Origin: a virus
Taxonomy: Duplodnaviria > Heunggongvirae > Uroviricota > Caudoviricetes
Reading direction: 5' to 3' (one strand)
Virus record (IMG/VR): IMGVR_UViG_2529293139_000012
DNA length: 12,539 nt
The position numbers and the translations under genes are program-made. Each line of letters opens with the position of its first letter. The stretch's first letter is position 1. Below the pieces are notes generated by a model, which worked only from the letters and a program-made list of their open reading frames with translations, was not told the origin of the DNA and made no database searches. Shown here piece by piece: positions 1-6,955 of this stretch.

Positions 1-687
1 CTAATAGCCAGGGATACCACCTTCTATATCTTTACTGATCTTCGCTCGTATATCAGCAGAGGGATAATCCAGGTCATTTTTACCACTACCCCCAATTCCC
101 ATAAAGTTAAAGGTATAATCAGGAATGATATCGATACCAAATTTTTTAGCATCTTTAACCAATGCAATAAAATCCTGCAAATCTCCCATTGGATTATGGA
201 TGGTACAAAGATCTTCGGGTTGATAAGCATGAAACCAGTAACCCTTTTCTTCTTCGGGAGTTTCTGGTCCGTCGGCGCGGAAAGTTGTCACTGGAGGGAT
301 TTGTATATACCCATAATGGCAACGTGCAAATTCAGACATATTTTCTCTGATCTGCTGGTAGGTGGCATTAAAAGCATGAAGAATCGCTTCGCCAGGTTTT
401 TTGGGGGTGATGATTTCACATTGTGATTTCTGAACAGCAGTAAGAGATTTACGCTCAAGTGTTTGCCGTAGATGTTCTAGATTGATTAATATTTTAAATG
501 TTTCTTGCTGTCCGGAAGGTGACGTCACGTTAATATTATATACATCGGCTGCCAGCTCATAGTCAGGAATGTTAATAGCATATGCAACATATTTATCTTT
601 TGGGGAAGGTTTGTCAGATATAATGTGGGTGAAATGTTCAGCACGACCATACTGATAAACACCGCTGTTATCACCTCTTTCAATCAT
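1..687 (-). CDS. Hypothetical protein, C-terminus truncated by window start; central region loosely resembles a glycoside hydrolase family 13 (alpha-amylase-like) fold
   Basis: Open minus-strand frame of 228 codons running off position 1; start ATG at 685-687, 18 nt after the stop of the upstream ORF. Segment 'GDLQDFIALVKDAKKFGIDIIPDYTFNF' has the layout of GH13 region I but lacks the canonical NH. AT-rich codon usage. Confidence 0.4.
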   Translation of the reverse strand: MIERGDNSGVYQYGRAEHFTHIISDKPSPKDKYVAYAINIPDYELAADVYNINVTSPSGQQETFKILINLEHLRQTLERKSLTAVQKSQCEIITPKKPGEAILHAFNATYQQIRENMSEFARCHYGYIQIPPVTTFRADGPETPEEEKGYWFHAYQPEDLCTIHNPMGDLQDFIALVKDAKKFGIDIIPDYTFNFMGIGGSGKNDLDYPSADIRAKISKDIEGGIPGY

Positions 688-705
688 TGTATCTCGTTGA
701 TAAGC

Positions 706-1038
706 CTATGTTTTTCTTTCTCCTATCCTGTCTGGCGCTGTAATGCTACGCTGTGCTGCTTTATTCAACTCTCGGTAAGTTGTATCTGGAGAAAGGGAAA
801 TTTTATAATCGTTTTTTAACAGATCATTAATAACTTTTTCTGCGTGAAAAGTTGATATAATTTCTCTGTCTTTTAATCCTTGAGGGTAAACTCCACAAGA
901 ATTAATAATATTTGTTATACAGTTTAGATATTCTAATGTATTTAATTTGGAATTTAGATCCCCGTCAGTAATGTTCCATGATAACAATGTGGGGTTGTCG
1001 ATAGGTAAATTTCTGGGTCCTGGTTTTATAGAAAACAT
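706..1038 (-). CDS. Hypothetical protein (110 aa), first gene of an AT-rich two-gene operon
   Basis: ORF with GAGGA Shine-Dalgarno about 10 nt upstream of the ATG at 1036-1038; stop 18 nt before the next ORF start. No recognisable motif. Confidence 0.45.
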   Translation of the reverse strand: MFSIKPGPRNLPIDNPTLLSWNITDGDLNSKLNTLEYLNCITNIINSCGVYPQGLKDREIISTFHAEKVINDLLKNDYKISLSPDTTYRELNKAAQRSITAPDRIGERKT

Positions 1039-1597
1039 AATAAAGTTCCTCTAATGGTAGAGTAATATGATGTATACGGAAACATAAAAATGTTTAATTG
1101 TTGTGAAAGTAATTGCAAACAGATGTCCTACTTTTATCCAATATTTATATGGAAAAGGATAATGCTTAAATCTGTTTTATTAATTATCGATGTGGTCTGG
1201 AGAGGCAACTGTCAAAAATCGCTCATACGAAACTAATGATTAGCAGAATAAGATCTATGAAAGAATATATTGCTATACGAAGTTTATTTTTATGGAGTGA
1301 AAAGTAACAGATATCATAATGATGCGAAAACTCTTCAGCTAATGTAATAAAGTTATATTATTAGATACAAAATCATTACAAAGTATCATTGAATCGATGA
1401 TAACTATAGATAGTGCTAATTATTAACATTTGCTTGTTGACTGCGAGTATCGACTTTGCGAATGGAGGCGGTGTCGGGTTTTATGTCGCGTGTAATCACG
1501 ACCCAAGGTGAATGGGAACGCATAAAAATCTGTTATTTACATCATATGATCATCATGTTTATTGCGTGGTTTATAAGTATTGTTATTGCACACTCAA

Positions 1598-1673
1598 GGC
1601 CCTTTAGCTCAGTGGTTAGAGCAGGCGACTCATAATCGCTTGGTCGTTGGTTCAAACCCAACAGGGGCCACCA
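1598..1673 (+). tRNA. tRNA with CAU anticodon, most similar to enterobacterial tRNA-Ile2 (lysidine-CAU, ileX/ileY-like); elongator tRNA-Met not excluded
   Basis: 76 nt, GGCCCTTTAGCTCAGTGGTTAGAGCAGGCGACTCATAATCGCTTGGTCGTTGGTTCAAACCCAACAGGGGCCACCA. Acceptor stem GGCCCTT/AGGGGCC pairs, anticodon loop CT-CAT-AA, T-loop TTCAAAC, encoded CCA. D-arm and anticodon arm match E. coli tRNA-Ile2 as I recall it; T-arm differs. Confidence 0.9.
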
Positions 1674-1681
1674 TATCTATC

Positions 1682-1719
1682 AAGGGGTTACGTTAACAGC
1701 GTGACCCCTTCGTTTTTTC
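1682..1719 (+). terminator. Rho-independent terminator after the tRNA
   Basis: Imperfect hairpin AAGGGGTTACG / CGTGACCCCTT followed by a T6 run (cgttttttc). Confidence 0.6.
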
Positions 1720-2056
1720 TAGGATACCTATAGGATACCGTGACAGAGTATAAGCAGGTATAAAAACAACAAGTTACGCAACATCATACCTGTCATGAAA
1801 CTTTAACTATCCGACATGATAGCTGGTCGATGATCACGGATAATCCGTTATGTGGATCCCCATATCGGCATCAGGCCCACCAGCGTGAAGCGTTTTTCAT
1901 TTTTCGCGGGTATAAAAAATCGATGGGGCTGGCAGTCCGGAAGACGTCAGGGTACAGAGATTTGCCCCGCCCCTCCCTGTGCATGGGCACAATAAGTAAC
2001 CGAAGGCGGAATTCCTCCCTCGGTACTCACATATGAGAAACGATATTTCTTCCTCT

Positions 2057-2131
2057 GATACCCAAAATATGGGTATCACAAGTAACCCCCAAAATCTGGG
2101 TGTTGCTCTTACTACCCAAACTACGGGTAGT
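2057..2131. repeat. Array of three dyad-symmetric ~21 bp sites spaced 27 bp centre to centre (candidate cosB-like or integrase/regulator binding sites)
   Basis: Site 1 GATACCCA-AAATA-TGGGTATC (perfect 8 bp arms, 2057-2077); site 2 AACCCCCA-AAATC-TGGGTGTT (2084-2104); site 3 ACTACCCA-AACTA-CGGGTAGT (2111-2131). Related GGATACC half-sites also occur in tandem at 1721-1739. Confidence 0.6.
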
Positions 2132-2150
2132 TTCCGTAATTTCATGGTCG

Positions 2151-2168
2151 AGTTGCAGATCTGCAACT
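2151..2168. repeat. 18 bp perfect palindrome AGTTGCAGATCTGCAACT
   Basis: Exact inverted repeat read directly from the sequence, in non-coding DNA about 20 bp from the three-site array. Confidence 0.7.
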
Positions 2169-2214
2169 CACCCACCAGCCAACGCAATTTTGCGTTATCG
2201 GGAATATCAGCAAG

Positions 2215-2502
2215 TTACCGCCGCAGCCGTTCCGGCTTCTTCCACTGGTAAGTATTTTTCGCGCTCTCCCTCCGTTGTTGAGAACGGCGACGGTATGCCA
2301 GCAACTCAAGGACTCTTGTTCGTATGTTGCGCATATCCACGCCGTTAAGCTCAATACCGTCACGGAGCATCACCTCAGCCACCACACGCGCGTAATTTTC
2401 AGCGGTGACTGTATCCGGCTGCGCGGCCTGTTCGTCAGCCAACTGGCTGATTCCACCAGCACAGCGGATTAATCGCAGTATTTCAGATTCGGTCATTATC
2501 AT
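2215..2502 (-). CDS. Hypothetical protein (95 aa), translationally coupled to the small terminase gene
   Basis: Its ATG overlaps the TGA stop of the upstream gene in an ATGA arrangement at 2499-2502. No recognisable motif. Confidence 0.5.
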   Translation of the reverse strand: MIMTESEILRLIRCAGGISQLADEQAAQPDTVTAENYARVVAEVMLRDGIELNGVDMRNIRTRVLELLAYRRRSQQRRESAKNTYQWKKPERLRR

Positions 2503-2984
2503 GCCTGTTTTGCGACCTCATTCACTACGTCATTTTTTACCATCCGGCTGATAATCTGATTACGCAAATCGTCAATAATTGACTGCACTCTGTTTACTGC
2601 CATCGGTTTAAGCCCGGCATCACGTGCCAGAATATTGGGGAGTTTTGCCAGTTCCTCGCTTACGATTTCCCCCCATATAGCCATCTCTTTTCGCACATCA
2701 TCGGCGGGTATGAGTTGCGCCGTTTCCTGTTCGAACCTGAGGCGCTCACGTTCGGACTGATACCAGGCCTTACGGTCATGTGGCTCCATTTCTTCCAGTG
2801 ATGCCGGAACGGGAAGATCAAGAAAACAGGTCAGAATGTCAGTCACCCGATAGAGTTTTAGCTTGTCATGCCCTCCGGCTGGCTGGATGTTTTTCAGCCT
2901 TGCCGCCGCAGTCTGACGACATATTCCCGCTATCGCCGCCAGTTGATTAATGTTCAGCATCAGATTTTTCAGTTCTCGATCCAT
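2499..2984 (-). CDS. Nu1-like terminase small subunit (possible Rpp-type packaging-redirection protein)
   Basis: Start taken at ATG 2982-2984 (MDRELKNL) with GGAG Shine-Dalgarno 7 nt upstream; the longer ORF-track form from 3071 lacks a ribosome binding site. N-terminal HTH 'LNINQLAAIAGICRQTAAARL' followed by a GG..K..LY motif parallels lambda Nu1 (VNKKQLADIFGASIRTIQNW...GGGKG..LY) as recalled. Confidence 0.7.
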   Translation of the reverse strand: MDRELKNLMLNINQLAAIAGICRQTAAARLKNIQPAGGHDKLKLYRVTDILTCFLDLPVPASLEEMEPHDRKAWYQSERERLRFEQETAQLIPADDVRKEMAIWGEIVSEELAKLPNILARDAGLKPMAVNRVQSIIDDLRNQIISRMVKNDVVNEVAKQA

Positions 2985-3137
2985 ACCCGCTCCAGAATGT
3001 TTTAAACATGCATCTTGCGAACAACTTTCAGAAGAGGTCAAAAAATGCGCTATATGTTGAGCATAAAACAAGCAAAATTAACATGCCAAAAATAAAAATA
3101 CTTAAAATTCAATACAATAGAAAGATGATGATGACGA

Positions 3138-3220
3138 ATGAAAATGCAAAAACTAGCTTTTTCCGCGCCGTTCCCGCCCCGTGGCAGGCCACCTCACCGG
3201 GAGGACCCACCCAAAAAAGG
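3138..3220. repeat. Copy 1 of a GC-rich ~75-80 bp conserved non-coding element, upstream of the small terminase operon
   Basis: Near-identical to 6487-6560 (ATGAAAATGCAAAAAC.AGC.TTTTTCCGCGCCGTTCCCGCCCCGTGGCAGG.CAC..CACCGGGAGGACCCA). The plus-strand ORFs over the two copies share nucleotides but diverge in frame after about 5 codons, so the conservation is not protein-coding. Confidence 0.75.
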
Positions 3221-3254
3221 CGACTGTCACTATTGTTTATGCTCCATGAGCGAC

Positions 3255-3276
3255 AAAACCGCCCGCAGGCGGTTTT
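3255..3276. terminator. Bidirectional rho-independent terminator downstream of the gpI-like gene
   Basis: AAAA-CCGCC-cgca-GGCGG-TTTT: perfect 5 bp GC stem flanked by A4 and T4. Confidence 0.6.
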
Positions 3277-3293
3277 ACATAAAACGTTTTGTA

Positions 3294-3965
3294 TCAGCGA
3301 CCAATCACCACAATCTGGCCGCCATCCCCTTCATCTGCCGTGCTGATCTCTTGCGAAATCACCCGCGACCCGACGCGCATTTCACCGTACAGAACAGGCA
3401 GAACATTGCCCTGGGCAACCATGTTATCCAGTGAGGAGAAATAGGTGTTCTGCTTACCGTTATCCGTTGTCTGTGTACGGGGAGTTCTGGCTTTCGGTGC
3501 CAGCATCTGCGCCACACCACCGAGCACCATACTGGCACCGAGAGAAAACAGGATGCCGGTCATACCACCGGCCCCAATGGCTGCCCCCCATGCTGCAAGG
3601 GTGGCTCCGGCGGTAAAGAATGATCCGGCAATGGCGGCAGCCCCCAGGACAATCTGGAATACGCCACCTAACTTGGCCCCGGCGACTCTGGGAACAATAT
3701 GAATCACAGCGCCATCAGGCAGAGTCTCATGTAACTGCGCCGTTAACCCGGACGTGCTGACGTCCCGCCCGGCAATCCGTACCTGATACCAGCCGTCGCT
3801 CAGTTTCTGACGAAACGCCGGGAGCTGTGTGGCCAGTGCCCGGATGGCTTCAGCCCCCGTTTTCACACGAAGGTCGATGCGGCGACCAAATCGTTGTAAA
3901 TCCCCGTAAAGGCAGATGCGTGCCATGCCCGGTGACGCCAGAGGGAGTGTGTGCGTCGCTGCCAT
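3294..3965 (-). CDS. Lambda gpI-like tail assembly protein (223 aa)
   Basis: Intact ORF with purine-rich stretch upstream of the ATG. N-terminal 'MAATHTLPLASPGMARICLYGDLQRFGRRIDLRVKTGAEAIRALA', a Gly/Ala-rich hydrophobic middle and C-terminal '...VVIGR' match my recollection of lambda tail assembly protein I. It is flanked by a capsid gene and a terminator rather than K and J homologs. Confidence 0.65.
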   Translation of the reverse strand: MAATHTLPLASPGMARICLYGDLQRFGRRIDLRVKTGAEAIRALATQLPAFRQKLSDGWYQVRIAGRDVSTSGLTAQLHETLPDGAVIHIVPRVAGAKLGGVFQIVLGAAAIAGSFFTAGATLAAWGAAIGAGGMTGILFSLGASMVLGGVAQMLAPKARTPRTQTTDNGKQNTYFSSLDNMVAQGNVLPVLYGEMRVGSRVISQEISTADEGDGGQIVVIGR

Positions 3966-4054
3966 TTGTCGGTATACCTCTCTCGTTTGCTCAGTTGTTC
4001 AGGAATATGGTGCGGCAGCTCGCCGCCCCACGTGTTCAAAGTACCGCCTTGTTG

Positions 4055-5968
4055 TCATGCTCCATTCGATTTCAGCAATCCACGATAATCGAGGGCCGCG
4101 ACACCTGCATCTATGCGCACCTTCCAGGCGACACCATCAACAGTAAAGCCCACCTGCTCCTCAAGATATGGCGTATCCATACCATCAAGATAAGCGACTT
4201 CTATTGTGTCCATCCCCTTAGCTGCGGCTACATACCATTCCTTGCTATTGGCCTTATCAAGACGTGGCTCAACAATTACTTCTGCCATATCTTTCACAAC
4301 GTTAATGATGCCGGGGTTCTGATTGATAGTGCCCTCATCACCAACCGGAAAGACTGATGACGATGACAGAATGGCGCGACGCGCGGCAGATTCCAGCGCG
4401 GCAGGGACCAGAACAAAAGCAGGGGTAATATTCAGTGAGTCGCCGTTAGCATCCTCCTGGAGGCGCATCAGCTTACGGGCTTCATCAAGCCCCACCATGT
4501 CCATATCCTTCGCAATAAGATTTTTATGATCGGCATGGAATAACGCTTTACCATCCGTAAACTTGCCGTTGCTGGTTAACAGGAGATAAACCAGATTGCC
4601 AACTGTTCTGGCGGCTGCGCGTCCCATCGCCATGGGGATTGTAGTTAACTGGGTCAGGTCATCGTTGATAATGGCCTGACGGGTAACGGAGAAAATATTC
4701 CCGTACGTGGCCAGCGCAATAGGTACACCTTTATCGCTGGTGGTGATGTATTTATATTCCGCACCTTCCGGTACTTTATCCAGCTTTGAAAAACCATTCA
4801 GACCAACGCGCTTTGCTTCATGAAAGTTTGAAAGCGAACCGGTACGCGTCCATTTCTGGAACGTTTCGCCGCTGTCCTGCCAGCCTTTCAGTACAGATTT
4901 TTCAGCCCCACCAGCCAGAATATGAGAAAAATCACTGCTGCTGTGTGTAAAAGCCGCATTAACAACCTGCGAGCGATTAATAAAACCACTCACAGTGATA
5001 CCACGATCAACCAGTGATGCCTGGGCCATTTCAAAAAGGCTCATCATCGCGTAAGGGTTGCCTCGTTCAGGGCGTTCATACCCAAGACGGGAATAAAGCC
5101 CCTGACGAATTGCATCACCTGTTATGTTTCCGTTTCCGGCATAGATATGAGCCGGGGTATTTTTATTGGATGGCGTGGACTCGCGCCCCAGCTCGTTCAA
5201 CAGCTTTTCACGGGCCATTTCCGGTGTACATGATGCATCTTCCAGACACGCCATTTTGATCCCGTCGTAACGACTGCCGAACAGGCTAAACACTTCACTT
5301 ATTCCATTGATGCGTTTCTGTTCATTACCAGCAATATTTGCCGCTCCCTGTGGCGGTGTAATCATTCCTTTAATGGTTTCCGGCATATGTAAAAAATCTC
5401 CTGTGCGCTTCGATTCAATTCGCGCCATTGCTCTGACGGATGGCAACAATTCATCAGCAAAACCGTGCTTAAGGCATTCTTTCCCGTCCATCCAGGTTTC
5501 ATCTTCCAGCATGGCGGTAATTTCCTGTGCTGATTTGCCCGTTTTTCTGGCATAAGCAGGGACTAACACGGTTTCCACCTTATCCAGCAAATCAGCATAA
5601 TCACGCATATCACCAGCATTTCCGCCAGAGATACCCCACGGCTTATGTATCATCATCATGGCGTTTTCCGGCATCACAACACGATCGCCAGCCATTGCGA
5701 CCACCGAAGCCATTGAAGCCGCAACACCATCGATATAAACCGTAATGTCTGCCGGATGATTCCGTAGCAGGTTATAGATGGCGATGCCTTCAAACACATC
5801 ACCACCTGGTGAATGGATCCTCAGATTGATATGTGAAACATCGCCAAGGGCTTTCAGGTCTTCCGCGAACTGCTTTGCAGTAACACCGAAGCCGCCAATC
5901 TCCTCATAGATAGATATATCCGCCGCTCCGCGAACATCCGCCGCCTTAATGGTGTACCAGCGATTCAT
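4055..5968 (-). CDS. Fusion of ClpP-like (S14) prohead protease with a major-capsid-like domain (637 aa)
   Basis: N-terminal ~200 aa carry ClpP-type motifs (IYEEIGGFG, HSPGGDVFEGIAIYNLL, IDGVAASMASVVAMAGDRVVMPENAMMMIHKPW). The remaining ~430 aa look like a phage major capsid domain, possibly Mu gpT-like; the family cannot be fixed without a search. Confidence 0.75.
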   Translation of the reverse strand: MNRWYTIKAADVRGAADISIYEEIGGFGVTAKQFAEDLKALGDVSHINLRIHSPGGDVFEGIAIYNLLRNHPADITVYIDGVAASMASVVAMAGDRVVMPENAMMMIHKPWGISGGNAGDMRDYADLLDKVETVLVPAYARKTGKSAQEITAMLEDETWMDGKECLKHGFADELLPSVRAMARIESKRTGDFLHMPETIKGMITPPQGAANIAGNEQKRINGISEVFSLFGSRYDGIKMACLEDASCTPEMAREKLLNELGRESTPSNKNTPAHIYAGNGNITGDAIRQGLYSRLGYERPERGNPYAMMSLFEMAQASLVDRGITVSGFINRSQVVNAAFTHSSSDFSHILAGGAEKSVLKGWQDSGETFQKWTRTGSLSNFHEAKRVGLNGFSKLDKVPEGAEYKYITTSDKGVPIALATYGNIFSVTRQAIINDDLTQLTTIPMAMGRAAARTVGNLVYLLLTSNGKFTDGKALFHADHKNLIAKDMDMVGLDEARKLMRLQEDANGDSLNITPAFVLVPAALESAARRAILSSSSVFPVGDEGTINQNPGIINVVKDMAEVIVEPRLDKANSKEWYVAAAKGMDTIEVAYLDGMDTPYLEEQVGFTVDGVAWKVRIDAGVAALDYRGLLKSNGA

Positions 5969-6174
5969 TGTTCCCCCACCGATGCAAAACCATTCTGATT
6001 AAGCCAGGTGTTTACGGCATGTCTGACAATCTGCGCCACACCTGGTAATGGTTGGTCAGGATGATGATTTATATGGTCGATCCTGTACTGCTTAAGGCGC
6101 ATAACGGTCTGCGCATCCAGATGAACGGAACCACCTCTGGTATCACCTGTGTTCAGGTCATTAATACAACTCAC
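5965..6174 (-). CDS. Small hypothetical protein (69 aa), translationally coupled to the protease-capsid gene
   Basis: GTG start with GAGGAAG Shine-Dalgarno upstream; its stop overlaps the downstream start by 4 nt. Confidence 0.45.
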   Translation of the reverse strand: MSCINDLNTGDTRGGSVHLDAQTVMRLKQYRIDHINHHPDQPLPGVAQIVRHAVNTWLNQNGFASVGEQ

Positions 6175-6273
6175 AGCAACTTCCTCTGACTGACTAAACT
6201 ATGCACATTATTGATCGATAAAAGTGGTAAATAAACATATTTCTATCATAAAAACAGATTAATTAGATTCAGA

Positions 6274-6299
6274 CACAAAAAAGCCGGAGAAAATCCGGC
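6274..6299 (-). terminator. Rho-independent terminator on the minus strand, upstream of the capsid operon
   Basis: GCCGGA-gaaaa-TCCGGC hairpin followed on the minus strand by TTTTTTGTGT. Confidence 0.65.
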
Positions 6300-6486
6300 A
6301 TAAATATCCCGCCATCTGAACACGTTTTGACACAGGCAACTCCACCTGGCAGGTGAAAAACAGATTTATTTATATATTTCAATTAATTGCAAACTGGTCT
6401 AATGACAGGGAGAAAAAAATATTGTACAGGTGAAAACAGAAATAACTTTTAATTATCAATAAATTATCACACATGCTGCCGCCGCC

Positions 6487-6560
6487 ATGAAAATGCAAAA
6501 ACCAGCCTTTTTCCGCGCCGTTCCCGCCCCGTGGCAGGTCACTACACCGGGAGGACCCAT
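6487..6560. repeat. Copy 2 of the GC-rich conserved non-coding element, upstream of the capsid operon
   Basis: Aligns with 3138-3220 over about 75 nt with a handful of substitutions and a 1 nt indel. Confidence 0.75.
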
Positions 6561-6582
6561 AAAAAAGCCGGATTGCTCCGGC
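6561..6582 (-). terminator. Rho-independent terminator on the minus strand, between the putative ori and repeat copy 2
   Basis: GCCGGA-ttgc-TCCGGC hairpin followed on the minus strand by T6. Confidence 0.6.
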
Positions 6583-6713
6583 TTCTGTTACTCGTTGCTT
6601 AAAACGGTATGTTATCCCCGTACGGATCATCATTCCCCGCCTGTTGTTTTGGTGTGCTTCGCTGTCATAGGCTTTATCTCACAGCAGTAAATTAAAATTT
6701 TTGCGTTTTAACC

Positions 6714-6941
6714 CTTCACCTGTTCACCTTTTGATATTTTCTCTTTTAATTCATAATGTTAAGGGGTGAGCAGTTTCACAAAAACTATTCACCAACTGTT
6801 CACCACTGTTCACCCTTGAAGCTCAATAAACAATCAAAAAGGTGAACAGTGAATAGTTTGGTGAACAGTTCATAAATAACTGTTCACCCTATAATATACT
6901 GATATAAAAGATATTTATGACAGGGTGAACAGTGGTGAACA
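6714..6941. repeat. Iteron cluster, putative replication origin
   Basis: At least nine copies of the 8-mer GGTGAACA / TGTTCACC in both orientations (6721, 6797, 6807, 6841, 6860, 6881, 6924, 6934, plus degenerate copies) flanking an AT-rich core (ctgatataaaagatatttatga), directly 3' of the primase-helicase gene. Related CAGGTGAAAA(A)CAG motifs at 6350 and 6427. Confidence 0.65.
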
Positions 6942-6955
6942 GTTATTCCATAAGT

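Noticed and set aside
1436-1597. Sigma-70 promoter for the tRNA (TTGACT at 1436-1441; TATAAG at 1572-1577)
   Set aside because: No -35/-10 pair with acceptable 16-18 bp spacing could be assembled with confidence in this AT-rich DNA, so no promoter is annotated.
1955-1985. G/C-rich stretch TTTGCCCCGCCCCTCC with faint resemblance to a P2-type cos
   Set aside because: Only a short CCCCGCC core matches my recollection of P2 cos, and the island's packaging genes look lambda-like, so this is not a supportable call.
1897-2363. ORFs of 72-96 aa on both strands across 1897-2363
   Set aside because: They overlap one another and the dense repeat and palindrome region, have no ribosome binding sites, and fit better as non-coding att/cos DNA.
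3076-3097. Sigma-54-like motif TGGCAT...TTGCT upstream of the small terminase gene (minus strand)
   Set aside because: The GG and GC elements are separated by 12 nt rather than the required 10, so it does not fit the -24/-12 consensus.
3138-3434. Plus-strand ORFs of 98 aa (3138-3434) and 67 aa (6487-6690), both beginning MKMQK
   Set aside because: They cover the duplicated non-coding element. The nucleotides are conserved but the reading frames diverge after a few codons because of an indel, and the first ORF runs antisense through the gpI-like gene, so the similarity is at DNA level and not protein level.
3827-4357. Plus-strand ORFs antisense to the capsid, gpI-like, primase-helicase and integrase genes (for example 3827-4357, 7656-8141, 12195-12533)
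   Set aside because: They are embedded antisense within longer, motif-supported genes and lack translation signals; typical spurious frames in GC-balanced DNA.
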